Shown here piece after piece: positions 21,610 to 34,347 of a DNA stretch of 64,000 nt. The stretch lies in assembly GCA_002104945.1 (NCBI GenBank), contig MCFH01000075.1, positions 1 through 64,000 on the forward strand, read 5' to 3'. This DNA is from Piromyces finnis finn. Its lineage: Eukaryota > Fungi > Neocallimastigomycota. The notes beneath the pieces were generated by a model that was given only the letters and a program-made list of their open reading frames with translations, had not been told where the DNA came from and ran no database searches. How positions within the stretch are numbered: position 1 is the stretch's first letter; every line of letters starts with the position of its first letter. The position numbers and the translations under genes were made by a program.

Positions 21610-23017
21610 TTAATTATTTTTTTAATTATTAAATTAATTAATTATTTAAATTATTAGCATACATTCATTTAAATTACTATAAACAGTTATTTATATTAAT
21701 ATTAATTATTCATTTACTAAATGTAAAATTTATTTAATTATTATATTAATTAATTATTTATTTAATTTAGTAATTTATCTAAAATAATAGTAAACATTCA
21801 TTTATTCTATTATTTAATAATTTTTGTATTATTTTATAAGAAACATTATGTATTTTATTTTACGTTTGTATTTTATATTTATGTATCGTATCTTGAAATA
21901 ACTTATAGAAACAACTAGAAGATATAAATAAATATTAGGGCAATCGGATATTAAGGTTTTTCCGAATTTTATTCGGTTTTACTTAATATTACGATGATTG
22001 ATATATTAGTTATCAATCGAATATCTTTTTAGGTTTTTCTTCTAGTCTTTTCCTAAAAAGATTATTTGTTAAGATTAGAAATTTTTTATTAAACTTTAAA
22101 TTATTAAAAAATTATAAATAAAAGAACTCTGGAATACCACTTAAAAATCCAGAGTTATTATTATAAGAACTATTATAATAAATAACCTTTATTAAAACAA
22201 TATTAATAAAATATTTTAAATTAATTAACATTAAAAGTTTTGTGTTGTTTATTATACTTCCTTATAATAAACTCTTATTAAGATAAGTATAAAATTTTAT
22301 TTTAACTTCTCAGTTTAATAATACTAATTATTATTAAATTGAAGATAATAATTATTATTATATAATACATATAATAATAATTATTACATGTTGATAACGG
22401 AATGGTAGTTATTCTACAACTTTTTAAACTACTTATTCGTTACCTTATATTGTTTTATCTCGACAGCTATTGTACGAGCTTTAACAATATCTACTTGTTT
22501 TATTATTTATTTTAATTTATTTTATAATATTTATAGTTTTATTATTTAATAATATTTATATAGAATAATAACACCAGATTTATTCTATAAAATATTATTT
22601 ATTATTAACACAATAATTACAAACTAGACAAGTTTAATTTCGTTTTTATATTTTCTTTTATTTATTGTTTTTATACTCTTTTTTAACAATAATTTTTATT
22701 ATATAAAAACTTATTTTTGTCTTTTAATTATTATTATGTATTATTTAACTAACTATATTAACTATTATTAAAAATTCAACTTCTTATTAATATGTTAAGT
22801 CTTCCTATTTTCTACTAAAAATTATTATTATTCTTTATATTAAAAATTATTTTTATAATTTAACCCAATCAAATATATAAATTTATAAAATATTTGATTT
22901 TATGTAAATTATATTTTTATGCTAAACTATATAAAATTATTTAATAATTATTTTTATAATAAAACGTTCTACAAATATCAAATTTATAATATATTTATAA
23001 TTATTATTTATCATTGT

Positions 23018-25101
23018 GATAAATAATGAAATTAATAAATATAAAATTATTATTATACCTGATTTTTAAGTTAACCCTAAAAGTAACTTAAAACAAGTTA
23101 TAGTTTAATTAAGTACTTTACCAAAATTCTTAAATAAAATTAATCCTAAACACTGCATATGTTTTGATTATTGAAAGAAAATAATAAACTTTAATTAATC
23201 GAGATCAAAATATATAACTTTTGTTAAATTAATTGTTAAATTAAATGTTTAATAACTTCGTTAGTAAATTACACTTTAAAAGTAAACAAATATAATAATT
23301 CATGTTATTATTACTTTAATTAATTGTAAAATAAACAACTTTTTATATTCTTTAACTTTTAATTATTTCTTTTATTGTTATTTCTAATTACTTTTATTAC
23401 TTTTATTGTAAATAGTTATTAATTTTATTGTTTTAATGTAAATAGTTTAAATTCAAAAGAAAATATAAATACATGTAAATATTCTTATTTTAATCATTAT
23501 TATTATTATTATTAAAGAAATATTATATAGTTAGATTAATATTTTATAATTTTAATAATCACTTTTATACTTAAATAAATAAAATTTTAAATATTTAAAT
23601 ATTAGAAAAACAAGTGTTTCTAATAAAACAATTTAGTGTTTTAACAAAACAATTTTATTAATTTTTATAAAAACGATCTTAAATCTTAATCAATATAACT
23701 TATATAGTTATAACAAAAGATATAATATAATAATCACTTTTTGAAGTAAAATTCAAAATTAAGATTATTATCAAATTATATCATTTGATAATGTAAAAGG
23801 TGTTTTTATAATATTAGTTAATAAGTTATATAATTTAGTTAATTAAGTTAGTTATTACCTCTCTATACGAGTTAATAACTAAACAAAGTTTTATAAAAAA
23901 TAATAAAAGAAATAAAATAAATATTATAACACTAAAATAATTACAAACAAATGTATAAAGATTTTATGAAATAATGTTTACTTAAATAATTCTATATTAA
24001 TTATATCTTTTATTTATTAATTATAATTATATACATTAATTATTATTATAGTTACTAATTTACTTTAATACTAACGCTAAAGTATTTAACGTTAGTTTTA
24101 ACTATACTATTTAACTATATTAGTTTATTTTCTTTACCACTTGATTGGGTAAAGCAAATAAACTTCCTATTTAATTAATAACCATTAATATATGGTTATA
24201 CATATATCTGGCCAATAAATGGTGACCAGAATATATGGTTTCAATTGAAATATTTGTGGGCAAACTTATGGCCACAAATATTTCTTACAGATAAATAATG
24301 AAATTAATAAATATAAAATTATTATTAAACCTGATTTTTAAGTTAACCCTAAAAGTAACTTAAAACAAGTTATAGTTTAATTAAGTACTTTACCAAAATT
24401 CTTAAATAAAATTAATCCTAAACACTGCATATATTTTGATTATTGAAAGAAAATAATAAACTTTAATTAATCGAGATCAAAATATATAACTTTTGTTAAA
24501 TTAATTGTTAAATTAAATATTTAATAACTTCGTTAGTAAATTACACTTTAAAAGTAAACAAATATAATAATTCATGTTATAAAATAATATAATTAAACAC
24601 CTTTATTAAAACATTAAAAATAATTATTACTTTAATTAATTGTAAAATAAACAACTTTTTATATTCTTTAACTTTTAATTATTTCTTTTATTGTTATTTC
24701 TAATTACTTTTATTATTTTTATTGTAAATAGTTATTAATTTTATTGTTTTAATGTAAATAGTTTAAATCTAAAAGAAAATATAAATACATGTAAATATTC
24801 TTATTTTAATCATTATTATTATTATTAATAAAGAAATATTATATAGTTAGATTAATATTTTATAATTTTAATAATCACTTTTATACTTAAATAAATAAAA
24901 TTTTAAATATTTAAATATTAGAAAAACAAGTGTTTCTAATAAAACAATTTAGTGTTTTAACAAAACAATTTTATTAATTTTTATAAAAATGATTTTAAAT
25001 CTTAATCAATATAACTTATATAGTTATAACAAAAGATATAATATAATAATCACTTTTTGAAGTAAAATTCAAAATTAAGATTATTATCAAATTATATCAT
25101 T
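23018..25101. repeat. Direct duplication (23018-23785 and 24290-25101)
   Basis: Near-identical ~770-810 bp AT-rich blocks separated by ~500 bp. The second copy has a ~45-bp insertion. Confidence 0.9.
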
Positions 25102-25873
25102 CGTAACCAGGTTTCCTGGTGTAAAATATTGTATTAATAGAATAATGTATTTAATACGTATTTAAAATAATGTATAATGTATTAAATTAATGTACCGTAA
25201 ATTTTATTCTTTAATTACAAAAATTTATATCACAATACATTAACATAAATTTATGTAAAATTTAATTTTATGATAAGATAAAGTTTTTGATGATAAAATA
25301 AAATTTTAAATTAAATAAATTTTAACCAATAAATATTTTAGATAATAAAAAATTTTTTTTATAAACTAAGCCTCAAAATTAGAAATAAATAAATTGAATA
25401 TATGTTTGAAATATAATCAACTATATAGTAAATAAATCAAAACTTTATTTTAAGTTTAGAAAAATTCTTTAGTAAATAAATTGAATTTAAATAGTTTAAT
25501 ACAAATAATTTCTTTTAATAAATGTATAAATGTAAACAATGTAAAATTATAATATTAAAACATGTATATTAGAATTTATTCAATTTATTTAAAAAGTATA
25601 AAAGAAAATTTTTCAACTATTGAAACGATAGTTGGAAAATCGTATAGGTTAATTTTGTTTAGATAAATTAACATTAGTTTATAATTAGTTTAGTTGTTTT
25701 TTTTTAATAATAAATATTGATTACCTAGTGAGGGCTCTGGTGAAATAACCTTCACGGTAAAGTAATCAACGGTTGTTTAGTATAGTTTTAAAATAAATAA
25801 ATAAAAATATTATTAAAATTAATTTATAATCTGGTTAGTTTAGTTTAGTGTATACAAACCTGAACTAGTTAGT

Positions 25874-28166
25874 TTATTTTACACCTGGTTTGTCCTCAAA
25901 GAATATCGCCTCTCGAACCTGGTGTAATGAGTAGTCATGATAATCCATAATGATATAACTGTTGGACTTATTGTCAAAACCTAAATGTATACCTTTGATG
26001 GAATTAGGATCAAACTTTGATTTAGACTGAGCAAAATTTTTATAATAAGCAATACACCCGAAAACTCTAATATGGTCAAATTTTACGGGTGAGTTTAAGA
26101 ATACTTCATCAGGAATTTTATAGCCAATACCACTGTGAGGGGTTAGGTTATATATATATTTAGAGAACCTAACTGCAAAATCCCAAAACATTGTACCAAT
26201 GTTACTCCAGGTTAAGATGGTCTTTGCGGAAGCTATAAGTGTTTGGTTAAACCTTTCGGCTATGCCGTTATTTTGAGGGTTATATGGAGGGGAGAATGTT
26301 TTAGCAATACCTTTGCTTTTACAATAGTTTAATTTTGTTGTTATTATATTCCTTCCCGATGTCAGATTTAAAAAATTTAATATTGTAATCCTCGTATTGA
26401 TTTTCCAAAAAAGTAAAAAATTCCAGAATAGTCTTAACAGCTTCGGCCTTAGCAGAAAGTGTAAAAATCCAGTTCTTCCAGGAAAATTCATCAATAAAGG
26501 TAATGATGAACCTTTTTCCTTTAAAGGAGACAGGTAAAGGACCGATGATATCTGAGTGTATTGTTTCCAGAATTTTTCCAGCTTTTGGAGTTTCTCTATT
26601 ATGAGGAAGTCGTTTTAATTTGGAGATATCACAATTAGGACATCTATGGTTATTAAGTTGATTGATTTTTTTTAGTTGTTTGTCGAAGTTATTATTATAA
26701 AAATGTCCTAACCTTCTATGCCATAAGTTATAGTCAGTATTATCAATATTTTCAATGATGTTAATATTAGAAGGTATTTTATTAATCATGGAATTGAATA
26801 TATCAATTACGAATGTGTTATGACCCATAATTGATGTATATGTACCGATGATATTATCGTCGTAGTAAAGGGTTAGATTAGGATTATTATTATCCATTTT
26901 AGTAGTGCACACAATACCAGAGTATGCTAATTTTACACCACTAATTAAGTTTTTGTTAACCTGGCTAGAATAAAAAACTTCATTGAGAGTTAAGCGAAAC
27001 TTGTTAACATAGCCAGTAAAGGTTCCATAACCTTCAAAAGAGCATTTGGACCCATTTGCACAATATAAAATGATCTTCTTGTTAACAAAGTTGGATAATA
27101 AATTTTTGTCATTAGTGACGTGTACAACGGCTCCTGAGTCGTAAACCCATTTAGAGAAGTTGTTCTTGTCATTGTCTTGATTGTTGTTGGTGTCGTATTT
27201 GTAAATAGTATCTAAATTATTTATATTGTTCATAAAAGGTCTGATGTCTTCAAAATCGACATCATCATCAAAATCATGATGATTTTGGAATTGGGGAACA
27301 TGTTCAATGTTGTAAAAGTACTTATTGTTTTTGTTGAAATTATTATAACTATTATTATTATTATAGTTATTATTGTTATTGTAATTCATTCTGAGATTTT
27401 TGTTGGTTCTCGCATTGTATATGCAATCTTGGGTTCGGTGCAAATTGGGTTTGTTGCATATATGACAGAAGACTTTAGCCCTAACCTTTTTATTGTATTT
27501 ATGTTTATGTTGATTATTGTACGAATTTACTTTGGGTCCTTTCTTCAAATCAACATAATCTAGGTCCATAAAGTCATCTCTTTGTTTAACTGGATCTTGA
27601 ACCTTTTCATCTCCTATAGATTTAACAAAGTTAATCTTGTTCCTGATGTTTTCATAATATTCATCAGGATTTGTGTCTTTCTGAGGAATAAAGGAGAATT
27701 TAAGCTCTCTTGGTAGAGCTTTATACATATACTGAACTTTTTCAGTATCTCCTAGGTAGCAGTTTGCGTTTTCCATGTTTATGAAGATACTTCTCATGTG
27801 TGTTAACACTTTGACAGTATCTTCTATACCCTTGGCCCTTAACCTTTTAAGTTCACTAATCCACTTCTCGGCGCGAAGGTTGTTGTTGTCCTCATCCAGA
27901 GCTTTCAGAATTTGTATGATTTCGAACGGATTGTCAATATTTGCAATATATTGATAGTATTTTCTATCAATTGCATTTAAGACAATGTTCGTACCAATGG
28001 CATTTTTCTTTATAAGCTCCCTATTCTCAGGTTCTACAGCTAGAACATTTTTGCCTAGGAAGCCAACGATATCGTTTTCAATAAATACGTTGGTAATTAA
28101 TTTTAACCAAATGTTAAAATCTCTACCATCATATTTAAAAATGTTGTCAGCAGCTGAGGTCTTCAT
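25874..28166 (-). pseudogene. gag-pol: Copia-3 gag-protease-integrase, frameshifted near 26330 and truncated
   Basis: CHICNKPNLHRTQDC, WVYDSGAVVH, LWHRRLGH, HSDIIGP, KSDIGKEY, then PQNNGIAERFN in another frame. Confidence 0.9.
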
Positions 28167-28171
28167 TTCGG

Positions 28172-28187
28172 ATTGAGACTCTTAATC
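28172..28187 (-). promoter_or_regulatory. Copia-3 PBS complementary to the tRNA-Lys(CUU) anticodon arm
   Basis: Minus strand reads CTTATCA|GATTAAGAGTCTCAAT, identical to the Copia-1 PBS. Confidence 0.8.
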
Positions 28188-30519
28188 TGATAAGTTTAGG
28201 TTTAATATAACTTTATTTATTAAATAAAATTTTATTAAAGGTAATTACAAGGTTTAATAAATTTTACATTATTATTTTTATATCTTAATTTGTGGCGTTA
28301 CATACTTTATATCAAATATGTGGCTTAACTTGTATTTATTCTATTTTATATTAAATTATTCTAAGTTATTCTAATATTAACCATATAATCTTTATATTTC
28401 AAAAAAAAAAAAAATTGATCATCCATTCATTTTATACAATTTACAAAACTCTATATTGAAGTCTAAAGTCTTTTTTTTTAATATAGATAAACTTTTTATA
28501 ACAAAAAAAAAAAGCATATGATTTAATTTGGTTTTATTTCTTTTTTTAGTTTAATATTTATTTAAGTTTAAAAACCATTAAATTATTTATTTGATTAATA
28601 TATGCACAGTAGAAAATTATATCCGCAGTGAAAGAAAAGAACACAAATCTTTTAAGTCTTTAATAAATCAAGATATTATTAAATGAAATAATAATCTTTT
28701 CTTAGTTATAAGTTTTATTTATTTAATTGATATAACTTTAACTAATATAATTCGGTTCTAATTTCCTTTTTAGGGGGAAACTTTATGTAATAATGCTTTT
28801 AAATAAATTTTATTAACAAATTTGGCTATAATGTAACAAGAAGCGAAAAATTAATTATATGAAATAATTTATATATCTTTTAATAATTATAAGCTCTGTT
28901 TTGTTTGTTTAATTAATAAATATATAATAACTAGTATAAAAAGTATAAAAATATTTATTAAAGTATAATAAAAATATAATAAAATATAAATATAAAATAT
29001 AAAATATTATAAATAAAAATAATAAATAAAAGAAATTATTTACATAACATAAAATTATGTTATAATTTTATGTTTTTATTATTTAAATTAATAAAATAAA
29101 TTTATGTTATCACTTAAATTTATTTTAATACATGTTTATGTTTTTATAAGCAGATCATGTGTATTCATAAATATATGATATAAATAAATAAAATTATGTG
29201 TCCATAAATGTTCACCTTTAAGAAAATATAATATAATTATAAAAAATATATATTTTTAATAATTATTATGTGGATTATACTGGAAAAGATAAAATTATTT
29301 AATTATTAAAGGATTATGAAAGAATAAACACTATTGTAAATTTTAATATTAAAAAAAAAGTTTTTTTTATATATTACCTATATTTTTACTATATATGAAT
29401 ATTACAGTAAAAAAAAGTATTAAGTAATTAAACTTATTATTGATATATGTAATATATTATTTTTTTTTTAAATTTGAACATCGATAAGAATGAAATGTTA
29501 AGAGAATCATCATATAAACTATACGATATATTAAAAAATGAAGAGTTTATTACCTCAAATACAAATAATCAAATAAAATCAAATTTAATTATCAAACAAA
29601 AATAATACCTTTTACTCTCTCTCTATTAAAACAATAAATCATTTAAATATGAAATATATAAAAATAGAAAATATCATTAATGTTTATTCTAACGAGTTCA
29701 AGAATATTAATATAATAACAGAAGTTGTAGAAAAAAGTCATACATCGATTTAATCTGTCCTATATTGTAACATATTAATTGATTAAAAACATTAGCATTA
29801 GTTTAGTTTATTTGGAGTAATTTAAAAGGTAAATAAGCTTGATAAAAAAAAACTAGATAATGTCAAATATGTTGCAAATGATAACAATGTATAAAATTGG
29901 TTATAGATAAATGGGTTTAAAATAGTAGAATTGTATATATTTAAATAAAATATTTTTAATTAAAAATTCTAAGACAAAGATAAAATTGAAAGAAATATAA
30001 TATATTTAAAAAATAAAAGAATTAATTATATTACTGTAATTAGTAGAGTCAAAAAAAATTAATGGATATTTAATAACATTATGATAAGATTTACCATTAC
30101 TATTTGTAATACAGAGTGTCTTCTATATTATTTGTATATGAAACAGAGAAAATAATAAAAGAACCTAAAGCCAATCTTATCATTCCACATTCCTTGTATA
30201 AATTTGTTTTTTCATTTATCAATTTCATATATTTGTCTGTTTTGTCTAAATTATATGGATATAAATGTTATAATCTAATGAAATTTGAGTGCTTAACATT
30301 TTAATTTTGATTAATGATGGTTGCTATGGATTATAGGCTGAATTATAGCTAGTTAATGATACTGATCTTAAATCGTTCTTCATTAAAGTTTTATACAACT
30401 TATCATTCTCTTCTTTATATCCTTCTATTATGCAAACCTTATATATGTCTCTATCGTCTTTATTATCAAGATGACTTTTAAATTTATCATAATTTACGTA
30501 TTGATCTTTATTGACATTT

Positions 30520-30559
<40 letters not shown>

Positions 30560-31888
30560 CAGAACTGTTTTTTTTCTTAAAATTTGGAATTTATGTAATA
30601 ATAATTACCTATACTGATAACTAATATAGCATTTCCACAATAAGCAACAACAAACATCATAGGTTATAATATTTATGCATATTTTTCGATATTATCGAAA
30701 TAAACAGTTTCATTCTTTTTGATTAAATAAAAAGTATTATTTACTTTAATCATATTAGTTTTAGTGTAAAGACAAAATTCTCTTTTTATTACACTTGATT
30801 TTGAACCATTAACAAACAAAATTTTAACGAATAATAACAATATTATAATAGCTAAATCTTTAATATCAGGAGGGTTATCTTTTCTGAAACATTGGTAAGA
30901 AAAGACAATAAATTTCGATTTGAGTTAGTAATCTGAGTGACATATCATCTTTGATAGTTGATTAAAAATGAAATAAAAATTATATTTAATATTATTAATT
31001 TTAAAGTATAAAAGGATCTTTATTTTCCAGCTTATAATCATTATTTTAATAATCATTAATTTCAAACATTCTAACAGTATTTAAAAATATTATTATAATA
31101 AATATTTTTTATTAATTAATCTTTTATTATTTCATCTATATTTAGGCAAGAATGAATAAAAAGTATTAATAACTTTAACTAATAATTAATAATTTAACTA
31201 ATAATACAATATATTTAAACAATAATTTTTAGATGGTAACACATTAAATTTAAATCAAAATAAAGATACTACTTGTAATATCTTGTAATATAAATTAAAA
31301 TTTTAAAATTCTTTAAGAAATAATAATATATCAAAATGTTCAAGAATATTTTAAAGTTTTTCACTTTATTTTCTTTATCCAGTGTTTGTTTTGGTTTTGT
31401 AAATGCTGATTCTCCTTTAATCAATTAAAAGGCTGCTAAGAATATATCTCTTGTATACACTAATTCTTGAGTTCTGCCACCTAATCTTTTAATTTTTTTT
31501 TAATACTTCTAAATATATTTGTAGGAAAAGAATTTTTTCCAAAAGTATCTATAGCGTCTATAGCGAAAGTACCGCTATCATGAGTATCAGAGATATTAAT
31601 ATATTATAAATACATTTATATATATTAAAAAAAGTTTAAAATTACATCATCATAGTATTCATAAATTTATTTTAAATATAGTTAAAAGGAATAAAATACT
31701 TTTAAAATAAAATTAATATATTAAATTATTATATAAAATATATTAATAATTTAATTTTGTATTTTAGTGACAATTTCAATATCGTTTTTATATGTAATGT
31801 TTCATTACAATTAGTTAAACAAATAATCCGAATCTTCTGTATATTCTGTATATTGTTCACCATCCATTCATCTACATTATGTATGATT

Positions 31889-33149
31889 TTAATGATGGAG
31901 TTTAACACGGCATTTACGAATGGTCTTTTTTGGTTTTATAGTTGCTGGAATGGTTTGTCTCATTACAGTAACAGTTTTAGTAATATGTCTAGTGGTAGTT
32001 GAATTGATTTCTTCTTTAATTTCATCATTTTCATCTAATTCGATGGATTTTTCATCTTCAAAAACATCTTCATTAACATTTTCATCAGCTGAATCAATTT
32101 CTTCAACTTCTTCAACTGGTGTTACTTCTTCTGCTTCTTCTTCATCTGAACTTAATGAAGGTTCTTCTTCTGTATTTTCTTCATCTTTAACTTCAGTTAC
32201 TTCTTCTTCAATAACAGTAGTTGACTCAGTTGTTGGTTCAATAGTAGTAGTAGAAGTAGCTATTGCTTCAATAACACAAACACCTTCTTCATTGGAAATG
32301 AATCCATTACTACAAACACATTTACCATCAATTAATGAACTTCCTTCCTTACATTTAGTACATGTATTTCCATTAAGACAACTAGCACAGTTTACTGGAC
32401 ATGCTGAACATCTGCATTTATCACCAATAAATGTTCTTTCACCGCAATTCGTATTAACTATGAAACGAGCAATACCGCTGGATTCAGCTGCTTTGAATTC
32501 CTTGTATGAAACTGATTCAGTTTCACATTTTGGTAAGCTACCACGATTATAGTTTTCAATGTTGATAGAATATTGACTGAATTTGACCGTAATATTATTA
32601 GCATTAACACTCCATTCTGCCTTTTCTTTTTTATCAAAAATAACATCTAAACAATTATCTACAAATTCCTTTTGGAAATCTTCATAACTCAACTTTTTGT
32701 TGGATGAAATAGTACAGATGACTTGATCCTTGTTTTGTTCACCACAACCATCTTGATAAATTTCAATTAAATATTTTTGATTAACAAGAATACTATCCAT
32801 GTGTCCATTTTCGGATCCTTCTCTCTTGATAACATATCCTTCATAATAATCACCTAAAAGTTCATCCATTTGTTCATAGTCGATATAGGAACTTTTAGCA
32901 GTTATGTAAAAGGCTGTGTTATCACATTTTTCACCATTGATGTTGTCGGTAGAAAGATACCAGATCCAATGGTTCCCACCGGTTTGTTCTCTACGATTGT
33001 AATCAATGTAAATACTACATTGTTCTTTTACACGATCTAAACCAGTATTCATATCCCAATGAATTATATCGTATGGAACATTGTTGGAAGAAGGACCGAA
33101 TTCTGCAATATTGAATGCATGATTGATGTCGAGTGGAGACACATTAGAA
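31889..33149 (-). pseudogene. 5'-truncated gene for an extracellular-type protein with furin/EGF-like Cys repeats and a Thr/Glu-rich tail
   Basis: A 417-aa open frame (CSACPVNCASCLNGNTCTKCKEG...CVCSNGF) with no ATG or signal peptide. The frame runs straight into the LINE poly(A) junction at 33150. Confidence 0.7.
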
Positions 33150-34308
33150 TTTTTTTTTTTTTATTTTTTTTTTTTTTTAACGGCATCAAATATTTTAAAC
33201 TTTATTATTAATTTAATTAAAAATTATTATACATGTAATAAAAAAATTAAATATAAAAATAAAAAAAATATGTTTAAATAAACACAAATGAATAAAAATT
33301 GGGTATAATGTATTCTAGTAATTTTAATTAAAGTAAGAAAGCCACTATCATACTAAAGTATAATAATTGTATTTGACTTCCAATGGGACACCGAGCCAAA
33401 GATCAAAATTTTGTCATGGAACAAAATTATGATCTCCATTGGTTGCGCTGGCCCTCCTGGCCTGTCTTACTGTTTCTTCAACATTGACGCTCTTGGATGT
33501 TGCTTCAAACCTTTTGAACATTGACCATTGCTGGCCAATAGCAAAAGGCATGATTTTGGTTAGAAGTTCCGCGGTTACCGTCAAGAATGGTGTTCCTTCG
33601 TTAGTACCAGATTGAATCTGACGCTTACAAAGTTCTTTCCATTCCCTTGAATTGTAATTAATATTGTTAAAACTTCTTCCCCCAAGAAGGAATTTAAATA
33701 TTTTACTGCACACACTAGAATAATCATACACATTAATATTCACCGGATTATTAGAACTATTACTATCATTAACTAAATTACTATATAAATTAGAATTATT
33801 ATCTTCACTATTGCTATCATTACTAATATTATTAATTCTATTACTACTATTGTTATTATTACTATTTCTATTATTACTATTACTACTATTGTTATTATTA
33901 CTATTGTTACTATTACTATTGTTACTATTACTATTACTGTTATTGCTATCTCTACTGATATTAACATTTTCATTATTATTGATAGGACTATTGGAATTAC
34001 GTTGAATGAAAAAATTTAATAGATGGACTATAGAATCATAATGTTTAATACGGATATCTCTAAATGTTGGACAATCTAATAACCAATGTTTAATACTTTG
34101 ATCTCCACACTTGCAACATGGACAGTAGTTAGGACAAACTGGATCAACAAATTTAGCAGCTTTGACAACTCTAGCATCCAACTTGTATCCGCTTCTTGCT
34201 TTCAAGAGCCAGTAGAAGCCATAGGCAAACTCTGGGTATTCATAACATAATTTAATAAAATCTTTAGTTTCAATAAATTTATTATCATCATAATATTGCG
34301 CTTTGATT
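33150..34308 (-). mobile_element. 5'-truncated LINE copy (3' end of ORF, 3' UTR, poly(A))
   Basis: Near-identical to 34314-35493 with scattered substitutions; the poly(A) tail is at 33150-33178. Confidence 0.93.
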
Positions 34309-34311
34309 ACA

Positions 34312-34313
<2 letters not shown>

Positions 34314-34347
<34 letters not shown>

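Larger units (their letters stand above)
25874..28381 (-). mobile_element. 3'-truncated Ty1/copia element (Copia-3): 5' LTR, PBS, gag, protease, integrase; no RT/RH or 3' LTR found
   Basis: The LTR inner end ...CTTATCA is at 28188; the outer end near 28381 is uncertain. Coding ends after integrase (REAIFFEDKPGVK*). Confidence 0.85.

Noticed and set aside
23017-25099. The 0.8-kb direct repeats as LTRs of a TRIM/LARD
   Set aside because: The second copy starts AG rather than TG, and there is no TSD, PBS or PPT.
30300-31600. Possible eroded minus-strand gene (…NENVNKDQYVNYDKFKSHLDNKDDRDIYKVC…)
   Set aside because: Coding-like patches are broken by stops, and I could not build an exon structure or identify a family.
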